From: Octopus bimaculoides
Lineage: Eukaryota
Direction of reading: 5' to 3'
Assembly: GCF_001194135.2 (NCBI RefSeq)
Contig: NC_068988.1
Location: forward strand, 48,221,062-48,285,061
DNA length: 64,000 nucleotides
Part shown: positions 26,041-40,709 of the stretch, in pieces
Position numbering within the stretch: position 1 is the stretch's first letter
Layout of the letters: each line of letters starts with the position of its first letter
Notes under the pieces: generated by a model
What the model was told of the DNA's origin: nothing
The model's input: the letters and a program-made list of their open reading frames with translations, nothing else
Databases searched by the model: none
Translations under genes and position numbers: made by a program

Positions 26041-26478
26041 ACTCCTGTATAAAAGTATAAAAACTGAACCCCGCTGCCAACCCATGTTATACCAGTGTGA
26101 CAGATTAAGCTCATCAAAATAGTATGATCTTTTGGTTAAAAACAAGCGGAGGCATTCATCGAGCAGGGGGCAGACTACAGACAATCCAGTCCAACACACA
26201 GATACACAAGAAAATCAGGCAAGACTATATTATAAATACCTGTCCGTCGGCAATATTAGCATTTAATGGTAAATTTTGAAATTAAAATTGTTTTTTAGTT
26301 TGTATGCGATTTGGAAAAGGCACACACGACATTTCGGACATAGTGTTTCTTCATGGAGAAAGAAAAAAAAAACGTTTTACTTCATTCTGAATCCAATTTA
26401 GCACTGGGCACCAATTTTGTCAGGAAATGATAGTAGTAATATATATTGAAGAGCGTAGAAGTCGTGAGAGAAAAGTGG

Positions 26479-26539
<61 letters not shown>

Positions 26540-26846
26540 AAGAGAGATTGAGTGAGTGTGTGAGAAGGGTTAGTGAATGAAGAGAAGAGGAATGATTAAA
26601 GAGAGAACATTGATAGAAAACAGAGGGGGAAAGAGGATTTGGGGAAGAATGAGGTGGAAAGAGGTTAAATGCAACAAAATCAGAGAATTAGAAACCAAGA
26701 AAGTGTTGTTGTACAGGCTAGTGGCTGCAATAGGAAATTTACATGTACTGTATTCATACACACACGTGCGCGAGCAAACACACATATATACACTTTAGGA
26801 GATAGCAGATAACCGCACACATGTATAGTAGGAATACATACATGTC

Positions 26847-26877
<31 letters not shown>

Positions 26878-27449
26878 NNNNNNNNNNNNNNNNNNNNNNN
26901 NNNNNNNNNNNNNNNNNNNNNNNNNNNNNNNNNNNNNNNNNNNNNNNNNNNNNNNNNNNNNNNNNNNNNNNNNNNNNNNNNNNNNNNNNNNNNNNNNNNN
27001 NNNNNNNNNNNNNNNNNNNNNNNNNNNNNNNNNNNNNNNNNNNNNNNNNNNNNNNNNNNNNNNNNNNNNNNNNNNNNNNNNNNNNNNNNNNNNNNNNNNN
27101 NNNNNNNNNNNNNNNNNNNNNNNNNNNNNNNNNNNNNNNNNNNNNNNNNNNNNNNNNNNNNNNNNNNNNNNNNNNNNNNNNNNNNNNNNNNNNNNNNNTA
27201 TATATATATATATATGGGGTAACACATAGACATGGACAATGAAAACTATAATACTAACATCCATGTCTTTATTTGTGCACACACATTAAACATTAATATA
27301 AGATGTATGATAAAAATGAAACTGAATATGACTGTAGCAAATATATGAAACGTAAAATAAAATAAAGGTAAACGTATTTTAATGAAAGTAATTAGCAAAA
27401 CATTCATACATAAAATGAGGAATGGTTTAGAAGAAAATCAGAGGAAACT

Positions 27450-27830
27450 CTCAGTTAGACTTAGGGACATGGTATTCTGGGGCGGAGCATAAGATTTTGT
27501 GTGTTTATGCTGTCTAGAGGATGATATCCCATGGAGGGGGAAAAGTTTTGATACGGAAAGGCAGTTAATAAAACGGTTAGTTGTACTGAAATGGCAGGTG
27601 ATGCGTTGGTATAGAATACATTTCAGAACACGAGGAAGTTTCTCTCGAAAGCAATTCTCCAGGCGACGAACTGTTTAACAAGAGGGCACTGCAGGAGGTA
27701 CTATAGGGCTTAGAAGTGATACAGCATGTGACATAAGCGGATGTACAGCTGAAGCCTTAGATGACTTGGTACGAAGATTGTGGGCCAGTGATTGCAATGA
27801 CATTATAGTACTAAGTTTAGATGTGAAATA
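27450..27830 (-). mobile_element. Old CR1/L2-group LINE 3' relic
   Basis: Minus-strand LQSLAH...LSPIVPP, resembling LQPL.HRR....EL..IVP. Confidence 0.4.
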
Positions 27831-28057
27831 ATTATAGAGCACATTTGAAAGTCTTGATTTAGTGTGGCTAAGAGTTTGAAACCTTTTATTCTACCAATTA
27901 ATATCGATAGAATATCAAGAAATAGACCTAAACTTCACCTTTTAATGGTGTTATTTTCAATAGTTGCGGCTCAGTAGGATAGCAGTGCTCATAGCTATTT
28001 GTTACTACTTTAGAATCCATTATTAAATATGCCAATAGAGAACAACTAGAAAATTAT

Positions 28058-28398
28058 TGGTTTCAAATTTTGGCACAAGACCAGCAAGTTTGGGATAGGT
28101 TGTAAGTCGATAACATCAACCCCAGTGTTGAACTGGTACTTATTCTATTGACCCCGAAAGAATGAAAAGCAAAATCAACCTTGGTGGAATTTGAACTCAG
28201 AGGATAATGACGGACGATACAACTAAAAAATACAGGCTTCAAATTTTGGAACAATGCCAGCAATTTTGAGGAGGGGGATAAATCGATTAGATCGACCCCA
28301 GTGCTCAACTGAAACTTATTTTATCAATCCGAAAGAATGAAAGGCAAATTCAACCTCAGTGAAGTGCGAACTCAGAACGTAAATTCAGACGATACAAC
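28058..28398 (-). mobile_element. Two head-to-tail SINE family A copies
   Basis: Two units (28058-28222, 28233-28398), each with atcgaccccagtg...aactg..acttatt...gaaagaatgaaa..caaa.tcaacct...gaactcaga. Confidence 0.85.
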
Positions 28399-29483
28399 TG
28401 GAAAATATTAATACTAGTCTTTAGATAAAGAATTTACGAGTTCCTTCCATTTTCTTGTATTCTTTATCTAATGTTCGTTTCTTCAATCAGTTCTGTCCCC
28501 CAACTTCTATCTTCCTCTTCCTGCTTCCCTTCTGACACCATCTTCTTGTATTAATATTTTATTGTCACCCTCTTCAGTTTCATCTTTCCGACCTCATTGT
28601 CTTGCCCTCGCCATATCAATCTTTTTCAATTATCCGTTTTTATCTCCAATTCTCCCTTTTCTCATTATTGTCTCCTTTCTTCCATCTTCTGTATTTCATC
28701 TGACATATTTTCACTTCTACATCTCGCTCCATCATCAGACTTATTCATTATTAGATTGTCTCGTTCACCCCTCCTCCGCTTTGCCTTTTCGTCTTCTACT
28801 TTCTGCTTCTATCTTCTCTCTTCCCCCAGCCATTCTATCTCTCTAGTCTCCTGAAAATCAAAAGCCCTTCTCAAATCATTGAAATTCTCTTATCATCTTC
28901 GTTATACCTCTCTTTTGCACATGGACCCCTAACATTATACGTATTTCGAAAAGAACATTTTATTGAACTTAGATTTTAGTCATTCAGACCATGACTAGCT
29001 ATCTTCGCTTTTTGGCTTTAAATTCATCGCTATGCACCCACTTACACACACTTACTCACATACAGCGCATATACGCATCAACACCACCGTCCCCACCAAC
29101 ACTAGTGTCGCCACCGCCACCACCACTATCATCAGCATTGTCATCATCACCATCATCGTTTTTTACCCTTTTTCTTCTTCAAGATCCATCAAACATTCTA
29201 GACACAATTGTCATTTTATCCAGCCATGAACGATTATTTTCTCCTTTCTCTTATTTATTTTCATATTTATCAATTTATTCATCTATTCATTTTATTCATC
29301 TATCTATCAATTCATTTGCCACATCCAATCATACATAGCTAGCACTGTAATTGTTTCAGAGTCGAAGAACAAAAGACCCTGTTATCTCCCAGATTTCGTG
29401 TCGGCATTCTTCATGTCTCAGTTTCACGGTCCACACTTTCGTTTGCAAGTCACTCAATATGAATTTCTATGAATTTCCCTTGG

Positions 29484-29534
<51 letters not shown>

Positions 29535-29866
29535 CACACACTCACACACACACACTTCACACACACACTTCACACACACACACACACTTCACACACGCAC
29601 ACACAGAGGCAGAAACACATATACAAACAATACACTGTAACACATACACACATGTATACTTGCATATGAATGTGAATGTACATATGCGTATCTGATTGTC
29701 GGGTGTGTATGTGCATACGCACTGTCCATACTGATATTCATATGCGTATACAAATATATACATATTTATATGTGCAAATATATTTACATGTGTGTATGCT
29801 CGCTCGCACACACACACACACATATGTATATAAAGATATTATACATATATATACATATATATATTT

Positions 29867-29906
<40 letters not shown>

Positions 29907-30929
29907 GCGCGCACGCGCGCACATATATATATTCCCATATTTATATATCTTATATGAAGAGTCAGAGATGCAATGAAATCGGGAGAGCTACTGTGTGGGA
30001 GTGCGAGAAAGTAAGAGAAAGTGTGAGAAAGATACGGAGTTGTCTAAGATTCAAGAAATATCTCTAGAAACCATCAGTAGAAACAGAGAAAATTAAGTGA
30101 TCAGTGTATGTAAACTGAGGCCATTTATAGCTGCTGTGCTGTCATATTTACATATAAAGGATATTGATTTTATATATATAAACAAATAGTAAATGAGTAA
30201 TATGCATATATACGTACAGGTATGTGCATACCGACATCCACCTGTATGTATAGGTGCATATCTGGGTACAGGACATTGTAAACAAAACAGAGACGAGAAA
30301 ACACACAAGCCACATAGAGAACATTCTACTTCATCAGCTACCCCCGTTTTAACACCGGCGTTTCGAAGAGCTGGGCAGGACGCATCGTTAAAACGGCTCT
30401 CCCCATGGTCCGCAAATTAAATTTGTATACACAAATTAAATCTTGCCATGGAGGAATGTAGTGGCGGACAAAAAAACAAGATAGGAAACAAACAGAAAAG
30501 GCTTTACGGCCAGACGAGAAAAATTATGTGTGTATGAACGCTTGTGAGGCACGAACTTGAAAGTAGGGACGAAGTGGTTCGCGTGTTTGCTCGGCGATAG
30601 CCAAGGAAGAAAAGAATTATTGACCGACATACACACACACATATATACATTTATATGTACATATATGTATATATACGTATGTGTCGAAGAATGAGAATGA
30701 GTGCTCAACACTCCATTGGTGCATACAAATTCTTTATTTGTGTATTATGGCTACCATTGTTTTCCTGTTAAGAAAATATTTTAATATCTTAACAATCTTT
30801 CAACCCGATTAGACGGAGGAATAGTATTCGTATATAATATGGAACTCGACTGAGGAAAGAAAACTCCGAATGACCCGTCTTTATTTTCTTTGTATCGTCT
30901 ATCTGGATGTTTTGTTAACCCTAGTACTA

Positions 30930-31010
30930 GTTGAAAACTGGGGTCGATGTAATCGACTTACACCCACTCCTGAAATTACTGGCCTTGTGTTAAAATCTGA
31001 AGCCAGTATT
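30930..31010 (+). mobile_element. SINE family A 3' fragment
   Basis: actggggtcgatgtaatcgactta...gaaattactggccttgtgttaaaatctgaa. Confidence 0.7.
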
Positions 31011-31287
31011 GTAGGATAGTTATTTATAATTAGAATGTCTATGAGTAAAGTTCTGTTCGACTAGGGCCAACCTAAGACTAAACTTTGAGAGCAACAATAA
31101 CAATTGTAGTTGGAGCAACAAAACTCCACAACAACAATGGCAATAATAAGTACAAGAACAAAGGTAATAGCAATAAAACCGTAACGGAAGTAATTAAAAA
31201 TTGATGATATAACAGTAGCCGAAACAACAACAGCATTATCAATGAATGTCTCAAACAGAACAATATTATTAGAATCCTCTTCTTCAG

Positions 31288-31318
<31 letters not shown>

Positions 31319-31337
31319 GTCGTCGTCGTCGTCGTCG

Positions 31338-31369
<32 letters not shown>

Positions 31370-31632
31370 GTCGTCGTCGTCATCATCGTCGTCATCATCA
31401 TCATCATCATCATCAACATCATCATCATCATCATCATCATCATTATCGTCGCCGTCACTCTCTCGTGATTCACTTTTCTTCCTCATACTTACTGTCATCA
31501 TTACCTTCATCATCATTATTCTTATTCTTCTTATTCTTCTTTTTCTCCTTTTTCTGCTTCACCTCCTTCTCTTCTGTCTCCTCCTCCTCCTCCTCCTCCT
31601 CCTGCTCATCAACGTTATCTTCATCATCAACA
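31288..31632. repeat. (CAT)n/(CGT)n and (CTT)/(CCT) microsatellite field
   Basis: Directly visible; source of the poly-D and poly-S ORFs. Confidence 0.95.
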
Positions 31633-31737
31633 GCAAAAACAAATGGTTCATTCCAAGTTTTTAGAGCACACAGGTTCAGCCAGTTTAGGTTAGAATGTCT
31701 GGACTTGTGATTACAATTTAAATGCATAGAAATTGTT

Positions 31738-31875
31738 AGCGAAGGCGGTGCATTACCATAATCGTTAGAATGTTGGATAAAATGCCATGTGATAATTAGT
31801 TTGCCTCTTTACGCTCTGAGTTGAAAATATGTTAAACACCGGGGTCATTTAGAATAAGATATAAGTCAAGTACTG
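31738..31875 (+). mobile_element. Degenerate SINE family A copy
   Basis: aaggcggtgcattaccataatcgttagaatg...ctttacgctctgagttgaaa. Confidence 0.55.
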
Positions 31876-32107
31876 AAATTATCTGTGAACCTTGCCCTAT
31901 AAATTTCTGGCGTTATGCCCGTGTAAAATATTCTTATTGAAGAATAGAGCATTGTTGGAAGCCTTGCTGTTGCTGGTTAGGGTGGAACTTGTGGGGATGT
32001 GCGGATGTGTAGAAGGAGCTGCTGATTTGGGGGAAAACAAGAAATTGATAGCAGATAGGCGAGACAGTGGTTGCCTTAATTCCAACAAAGTTGTGTATTT
32101 TATTATT

Positions 32108-32337
32108 TTTAACTTTTACTAGTTTCAGTCATTAGATTGTGGCCATGCTGGGGCACCGCTTTGAAGAATTTTTGAGTCGGATGAATCAACCCAAGTGCTT
32201 TCTTGAAGCTTGATACTTATTTTATTGTTTGCTTTTGCTGAACTGCTAAGTTACGGGGACATAAACATATGAACAAATGTTGTCAAGCTGGGGGAGAGGA
32301 ACAAACGCAAACACAAAGATACACACACATACGCACG

Positions 32338-32368
<31 letters not shown>

Positions 32369-32595
32369 GCATATATATGTTTGTGTGTGTGTGTGTGCGT
32401 GTGTGCGTGCGTGTGTATGTGCGTGATATATATGACAAGCTTCTTTCAGGCTCGTCGACCAAAACCACTCACAAATATTTGGTCGGCCGGAGGCTATAGT
32501 AGAAGATACTTGCCCAAGATGTCACACAGTGGGACTGAACTCGGAACCATGTGGTTGGGAAAGACGCTTCTTACCAAACAGCCACGCCTACGCCT
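32108..32595 (-). mobile_element. SINE family C with a tRNA-like head and an internal (CA/TG) microsatellite
   Basis: Minus strand begins aggcgtaggcgtggctgtttggtaagaagcg...catggttccgagttcagtcccactgtgtgacatcttgggcaagtatcttctactatagcctc. Confidence 0.75.
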
Positions 32596-32698
32596 GTATG
32601 TATAACGATAAACATTAATGAAACAGCAAATAAGAAAGCACACCGACATATCACAGCATTGCTTACCTGTTAATGAATGTATATACATCTATCTATCG

Positions 32699-32755
<57 letters not shown>

Positions 32756-33401
32756 NNNNNNNNNNNNNNNATATATATATATATAGTCTATATGGTCTGG
32801 CTAAGTCAAAATGTTTTTTTGTATTCCTCCTTTCTACTTGGAGCATTTAGATTTAATTATAAAAATATGTACTTCTGTTCAAATTTTATTTCATTAAATT
32901 TCTAAATGTCTGTCTTTTTGCAGCTGAAGAATGCTCTACATATTATATCTGATGTAATGTTTACATTATTCAATTAGATGGAGTCGCATGAAACGATCAT
33001 ACTGCATTACCTCTGGATATCCTTGTAGCTTATTTTGATTTTAATCACCTAATTTTGTAACTGTATGTATAATACCATCCTAAATTCTGGTGTCTAAACT
33101 TAAGTACCATATTCACCTGAATCTATATATATACATGCATATACATATATATATATATATANNNNNNNNNNNNNNNNNNNNNNNNNNNNNNNNNNNNNNN
33201 NNNNNNNNNNNNNNNNNNNNNNNNNNNNNNNNNNNNNNNNNNNNNNNNNNNNNNNNNNNNNNNNNNNNNNNNNNNNNNNNNNNNNNNNNNNNNNNNNNNN
33301 NNNNNNNNNNNNNNNNNNNNNNNNNNNNNNNNNNNNNNNNNNNNNNNNNNNNNNNNNNNNNNNNNNNNNNNNNNNNNNNNNNNNNNNNNNNNNNNNNNNN
33401 C

Positions 33402-33445
<44 letters not shown>

Positions 33446-33699
33446 ATATAAAACCCATGCTCTGTTGATAATCTAATTTTCTAGTACATACAATATCGTA
33501 TATACCAACCAATAACACTTGTAACCAGGATTTTATATTAACTTCAACGTATCACTGTATAGCGTACGAAGTGATTGTAAGGGGAAGTTTCAAGAATGTT
33601 ACCTGGGCTAAAGAAAAACGTGCTCGTAAAAGCTTCCACCCAACTAATGTCTGTATGGAGGAGCAAACCATTAAACGACGGGGACAAGGACATCGACGA

Positions 33700-33875
33700 T
33701 GTCGATGATTACGAAGGTAATGGTAATGATAATGATGGCGATGATGATGATGAAGACGAGGACGACGACGACGACGATGATGATGTTGATGATGATGATG
33801 ATGATGATGATGATAATGATGATGATGATGATGATGATGATGATGGCGGCGTCGATAGTGATGATGAAGACCACA
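33700..33875. repeat. (GAT)n/(GAC)n microsatellite
   Basis: Directly visible. Confidence 0.95.
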
Positions 33876-33995
33876 ACAGATACACCAGGAGCCAACGACG
33901 GAATCTGTTCTCATGTAAACTTTCTGATCTTCATCAAGTAACAGGCATTTATTGTCGAATGATTCGACAATTCTGTAAAACCAAACAACAATAGT

Positions 33996-34442
33996 AATCT
34001 TTTCTATAGTAGACACAATGCCTGGATTTTTCTTATGCTGGGCGGGCTAGTCGATTACATTGATCCCAGTCTTTGACTGGTATTTAATTCAACAAACACG
34101 AAAGGATGAACGGGTAAGTCGGTATCGGTAGAATTTAAATTTAGAATACTGTCAAACATTTTGTTTGGTGCGGTAACGATTCTGCTAGATCTCCGCTTTC
34201 CAAGTAACAATAATAATCCTTTGTATTAAAGTCACGAGGCCTGAAAATTTGGTGAAGGAGGTAAGTATGGAGGTAAGTCGATTACATTGACGTCAGTACC
34301 CAACTGGTACCTTTTTATCGATCCCAAGAGTATGAAAGGCAAAGTCAACCACGGCGGAATTTGAACTCAGATCGTAAGGTCGGATGAAATGCGGCTTAAC
34401 ATTTTTCCCAGAGTGCTAACGATCCTGCTAGCTCGTTGCCTG
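33996..34442 (-). mobile_element. Two head-to-tail SINE family A copies
   Basis: Units ~33996-34198 and ~34215-34442, each ending on the plus strand in taacgat.ctgcta.. (SINE head). Confidence 0.8.
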
Positions 34443-36899
34443 CCAAATAACAATAATAGCAAAATTGAATTATATCTAGAAATAAGAATTGTAAAAAATA
34501 TCATGACTTGAAAATAGTATCTTGAGCGAGAAAGAAGAGAAATTAATCTATGATAGGGTGTGGGTGTAATTTATCTTAATATTCAGATTCTGCAGAATAA
34601 CAGGGACAAACTATGACATCATTTGGGTTCCATATTGATTTATGTCATTGTAAATCTAAATTCCATTCCATGGTTTTCGGTCATGTCAACAGAGAAAGGT
34701 CAGCACCTGTTTATTTTAATTTATGGAATTTTAATATCACTTCTTCCTTCCTCTCATGCATTTGATATCAATGGAATGTGATTTCTAAACGGCTGAAATT
34801 CCAAGAAATGAATGCCACTTAACCCCGGGAAGCCACCACCATCATCGACAACATTATAACATTATAATGTTATAATCTCGAACTAGTCTTACAATTTAAT
34901 GTAATCATACACTACGAACCTAATTTGATGACTAAACAAAAATAGTTTCTGGCTCATCACCTGATTGCTCGGTTTTCTGAGACAGAATTGATCCCAGAAA
35001 CGTTGACCACCACAAACGTTCAGATCAATTCCCTGATAGATTTCTTTTCCACAATTCACACACCTTTTGTCTTCTTTGCCTTCTTCTGTGATTTAGTATG
35101 TCGCAGCTTGGTATAAACATGGGTCAAGTCTATCAAGTAGAATGTATCTAAGGCGTCAGTAGGAATGGTACATAGTTCTGGCATTATAGTGTAAAGCAGA
35201 AGAAAAAAAACTCTCTTCGACGAAGTACCGTTTTTGGCAGCCAAATTTACCGGATGAATTATATTGCGGCAGTAATATATACATGCATGCATACATACAT
35301 ACATACATGCACACATACATACATAATACATACATAATACATACATACATACATACATACATACATACATACATGTGTGTGTGTGTGTGTGTTACAAAAT
35401 ATGCCTGAGCGATTTCTTGTGACACTACGTTCTGTGCCGAGCCGAATTGTTCGAGTAACTTCTTGCAAAACTTTTATTTTTTTATATAAGTTAGAAACAA
35501 TTGCTTTCTGTCGATATAATGTCATTCCCTTCATTCAGACTCCATTTAATTAACAATGGATTTATCAATTATTGTAGTTTGTTAGAATAGATAAATAAAG
35601 TTAAAATATAGAGTAAGCCTAGAGTACAGAAAATTTCTGAGAGGAGTCGTAACTAGAATGCTTTTGATGTAATTCCCACACAAATGTCAATGGTTTCAAT
35701 TTAAATTGCTGTCCAAAGGTATCATTAAAAACAGGAGGAATGTTGTGCAATCAGGTTGGTACTAAAAATTCGAAACAAATATCTTGCATTATACTGAAGG
35801 AGAAAGTGATATTTTTCAACCATAAATCCAAAAATATTTGTTTGGATACCATACTTCACTGTCAGTTCAAAGTTGTTGAGTTTAGATTTGTTGCAAGCGT
35901 CGTGTTGTCTGTGACATCAGGACAGTTACGTTTACAACACCTCAACTCGTCTAGTTTTCGAGAATAAGTACTAGATAATCTGGCAATTTAACTAGTGTCA
36001 TGTCCACTCCAGGAAAATATTTAACTTTCAGGCTTAATAATGTCAAAAAAGAATCATACACTGGTCCTTAAATTCTCTTTGGCGTTTAGGAAACATTTTT
36101 CTTTGAAGTGTTTTTAAAATGCTTAACATGAAAGCTTAGCTAAAGGATCTACCACATCTCACCTGTAATAGATTACAACTTTTCAGATGTAATGCAACTT
36201 GCACAAGTATTTATGATGAAAGAGCCAGCTGAAAACGAGATTAATCAACAGTCACCCTACTCAAATACACCAGATCTACCAAACCACCAGCATCCTTATA
36301 TATGTGTTGCAATTGATTAAATTGGCACAACAAAAAAATGCCTGATTGAATGAATGAATAAGCAGGCTATGGTTAGAAGTGAGAAATTAAAGAGCATTGA
36401 CCATCCAATGACATAACATGCCAGCCTGAGCAGCGTTCGATTTGATGACCTTTCAATTTTCAGTCATGCACTTTAATCAATGAAGCATGACAGTTCATAG
36501 AAGCCAATGTTACCATGCTTTATCCAATTACATATCAGAATACACTCTATCTTCTAAACCAGAAAGATATTCCAATATTCAAACATTTAAGTTGTGGAGA
36601 ATTACAACCGGGAACCAAATGCTTCACTAAAAACCTGTTTCCATTGCCAAAATATAATGAAGCAGGCATACATTAACCGAGATTTTGTGCTAAATAAAAC
36701 TCAATAATAACATGCACACTAATCTATATTTCCATTAGGTTTACTGACCTAGCAATTATGTTTCCGCTGCTTTTCTATATTGACTAACAAAGAGCATTAA
36801 TAAGCTTTTATGTCCAACTAGTGTCTAGTTTATTGTGCTGGACGTTTCTAATTTCTTTACATTCATCTTTCCATTTCAATATTCTTACAGCATGAAGTT

Positions 36900-37040
36900 G
36901 TGGGGAGTTGGTAGGAACGGTGGGGTGTTTGCCTAAATGCACTACAATATTCAGATTCGTTAAACTTTGTTCCAAGTTCAAATGCCACTTAGGATCACCT
37001 AAACCTTTATCATCATTCAGAGTTCGATAAAATTGATGCT
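36900..37040 (+). mobile_element. Highly degenerate SINE family A copy
   Basis: ggggagttggtaggaacg...agttcaaatgccacttaggatcacc...gagttcgataaaatt. Confidence 0.45.
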
Positions 37041-38085
37041 GTATATTTCCTGGTGTTAAATTTAATCAACTATGTACTATTAGAGGCCATGTGCAAATAT
37101 GAAAAATCAATATTCCTGCAGAATGAAGTGTGTTTTAATGGTATGTAGTAAACGATAACGTGCGAAACTTAATGTTCTGACATAAAATTATTTGTTGTTG
37201 AAGACCAATATTAAGCTGAAAAGGTTTCATTAAAAATGATATGAATACATATTTCAGTTGCTTAAATCAGCACTCAAATATGCGTCAATCATATTTTCTA
37301 TTAACTGTTTTGAATGTGAAACTAATTAAACACATTCTGGATTTCATGATAGTCATACAAGTTGTTTTTGTTTATTTCTGATTATACGCAAACGAAAAAT
37401 AGAAATCAGTCATATAAGCTACTGATATCTTTGTCAATTTTACATTTATCCTGTTTTGTGGTAAATATTTACAGCTATGTTGACTGAGCCGTGTGAGAGC
37501 GGCTACAAATTCAACACTACTAGTGAAATTATATGATCTACTGATTTACGTGCGGGTTTTCTGCCACTTTTGTCGATTTGGTCTCTATAAGTGAAAATAC
37601 TTCTTAACACCCAAAGAACTTTTAATTAATTGACTATATTTCTTATGAAATACACTGCTTATTTTGAAATAAGCAAGTATTTCAAGAAACCCAATACAAT
37701 AAGTAAGTTTTCATTAGGATTTTATACAAGGACTCATTGAGTCAAGCTGGGTGTTTTTAACGTGATTATAAACAATTTGAGCAAACAGCTTTGTATAATT
37801 CAATCAGCTTTCAAGTTGGTATCAAATAAGTTTAAGAACCATGTTGATTGACGTTCCATGGCAGATAGTAGGCATGTGACACATAGCTATAATTTTAACA
37901 TACGTAATGCTATGTATTATATATTTATCCCCTATATTTGGTTAGTGTATTGACGTAATGTAAAATATTGTGCTGTATCAAAGTAACACAAGTATGGGCT
38001 TTAGTTTTACAGGCCTTTCTCTTAAGAAACGTAAAACAATAGTTTCTCAACTACCAACTATTAACCTCAGCAAGCTCCCTCCGTA

Positions 38086-38470
38086 ATGGAAAATTGCTTT
38101 CACTTCTACTTGATGTCACTCCTACTCACACAGACACTCCAGAATACAGAAAAAAACCCCACGGTGTATGACAGTGGTATAAAGTCACTGACATATACGC
38201 AACTCATCTCCGCGCTCTTTCCTCACTCTGCTTGTCTTTACAACAGCTACAATGGCCTCTGCTTCTCGAGGACAACTGGTGTCATGTCAGCTACACTCAG
38301 GCACTGTTGATACACTAGTATTTCCGCCTCTTCGCACATTCAGGACTCCTAGGAATATCTTTACTACACGTGACTTCTCGCAATAGTCGATCTGCCTTAG
38401 TTTAAGCGAAGAATTAACGATATCGTTCTCACTATCCTCGGATGGCTGCAAAGGTCAAAAGCACTGTCAC
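38086..38470 (+). mobile_element. Old CR1/L2-group LINE 3' relic
   Basis: ORF 38086..38310 contains ACLYNSYNGLCFS, resembling the LCLFYRYYNGLCSSEL-type C-terminal motif. Confidence 0.55.
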
Positions 38471-39277
38471 TTTATCCAGATTAATTAATAACATACGCAA
38501 ATATATAAATAAAAATGGAAACTAATAAAGTATAAGAAATAAGTCACGCTTGGGAGAGGATAATTTTCAATAACAGGCAACATTGCTAGGTATGAGAAAT
38601 TAGCTATTCTTACAAGCAGCTAAGGTGACCGGGAGTATTGTAGGATAAGAAATTCTACCTCAACGCATAAAGCAATGACTACGGAACATTTGAACCCATG
38701 ACGTGCGAGCAAGCATTAATATACCTATCTTTCCCATATAATGCCATCATGTCTCTATATGCTATCTAAGGATCAATAAATGTTTTTGAATAAAAAAATT
38801 AAAAAAATGAATATCTTCTTGATGATGGATTTGAACTCTTCTTTCACGGTTGTGCAACTAAGACAAACTAACAGTTTCCGTATAATCAGAGTGTATTGAT
38901 CAAAGATGAAAGATTGTCAAGCATTTCATATGCTTCGCTGAAGTCAAACACGCCAATATATTTTATTTGCTGTAGAAATATCAAAGAAAAGACATTCTCT
39001 GTTATCCTACCGATACATGGATGATATTCTGACTTTTGTTTTTGTTGTTATTCTGATTGTTGTCTTGGTGGTAGTGGTGGTGTTGAAATTGTTGTATCTG
39101 GTGGTGTGGTTGCAGTAGACGCTTTCGCTGCAGTAGAAGAAATTGTTGTTGTTGTTGCTATCGTTGCTATTGTTAATGCAGATTTTGTTTTTGTTTTTGG
39201 AAGTTGTGATTGCTATAGCAGATGTTGTTGTTGTAGGTGTTGTTATATCGGTACTGTTCTTATTTTCTTACTTTCGT

Positions 39278-39339
<62 letters not shown>

Positions 39340-40277
39340 GTGGTGGTGGTGGTGGAGGAGGAGTAGCAGCAGCAGAAAATGTTGCTAATGCCCTTATATT
39401 TATAGTTCTGTTGTTACTGTTATTGTTAATAATCGTATTGTTGTGTTTATCATGTAGTTTTCTCCCGTGGGGTGAGGTAAGGGCGAAGGAATTTTGGTGG
39501 TAATGATATTGTTGTTATCGATGATTGTCGTACTGTTTTTTTTCTTCGTGACGTTGTTGCTTGTTTGTTGTTGTTGTTGTTGTTATTGTTGTTGTTGATT
39601 TAGGATGGATTGTCTTGTGAGGAAAGGTAGCTATCGAGACACTTGTAAGGTGTTTGTTTAATGTAGATACTAGTGGGAACTGGGCGGGAGAATGAGAAAT
39701 AAAGTATTGATGTATAACATGCGTACGTTTCAAGAAATGCGTGTGTTTATATAAACACCTACATGCATATGTATACATTTTACATATTTCCTTCATAATG
39801 CTAATCTATTTATGCCTAGATACATACATGCATACATGCATACACACACACACACATACACACACATGCACGCACAAATACAAACACACGTATGCACATA
39901 AATGTATACACACAAAGGCTCACTCCAATATATACCGATTCATTCATGAAGGCAGACAGATAGATGAACGTATGCATGCTTGTATACATTGATCGATGGA
40001 TACACACACACGCACACACACACACACACACACTCACACGCACACACTCACATACACACACTCACACACACATATGCATACATATATATATATATATATA
40101 TACATATATATATACATATATATATGTACGTATATATATNNNNNNNNNNNNNNNNNNNNNNNNNNNNNNNNNNNNNNNNNNNNNNNNNNNNNNNNNNNNN
40201 NNNNNNNNNNNNNNNNNNNNNNNNNNNNNNNNNNNNATATATACACATATATACATTGGTCGATAGATACACACACA

Positions 40278-40319
<42 letters not shown>

Positions 40320-40709
40320 AATAATGTGCTTATGTATATGTATATATATATGCAACGATAGAAGGAAGGTATGAGAGAAAATAAAGGAAGATAATTGATA
40401 TGATAAAATCAGAAGAAAAATAAATGGAGGAAATAGTGCAATTAGATTGTACAGAAGCCAAAGAGTCGACCAAGTAAGTTTGTAGTTAAAATAAGAGACT
40501 GATAATGTTGATAATGTCAAGGGAGGAGAGAGAGAGATCAACTAGTATAGTGAGCGTCTGACCTAGCACATACATGTATGATAGGCATATAGACATATTC
40601 ATGTAAATATAACGATATATGCATATATCAATATTCTTTTTATGTTATACATTATTAGCGTCTTCGTCTCTGAAAACCAGAGAAAGTTCGCATCATGGCA
40701 CCGAGTATC

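Noticed and set aside
33596-33994. Acidic poly-Asp ORF (also 12594-12824, 31061-31516, and poly-Glu 41229-41591)
   Set aside because: These are translations of (GAT)n or (GAA)n microsatellites.
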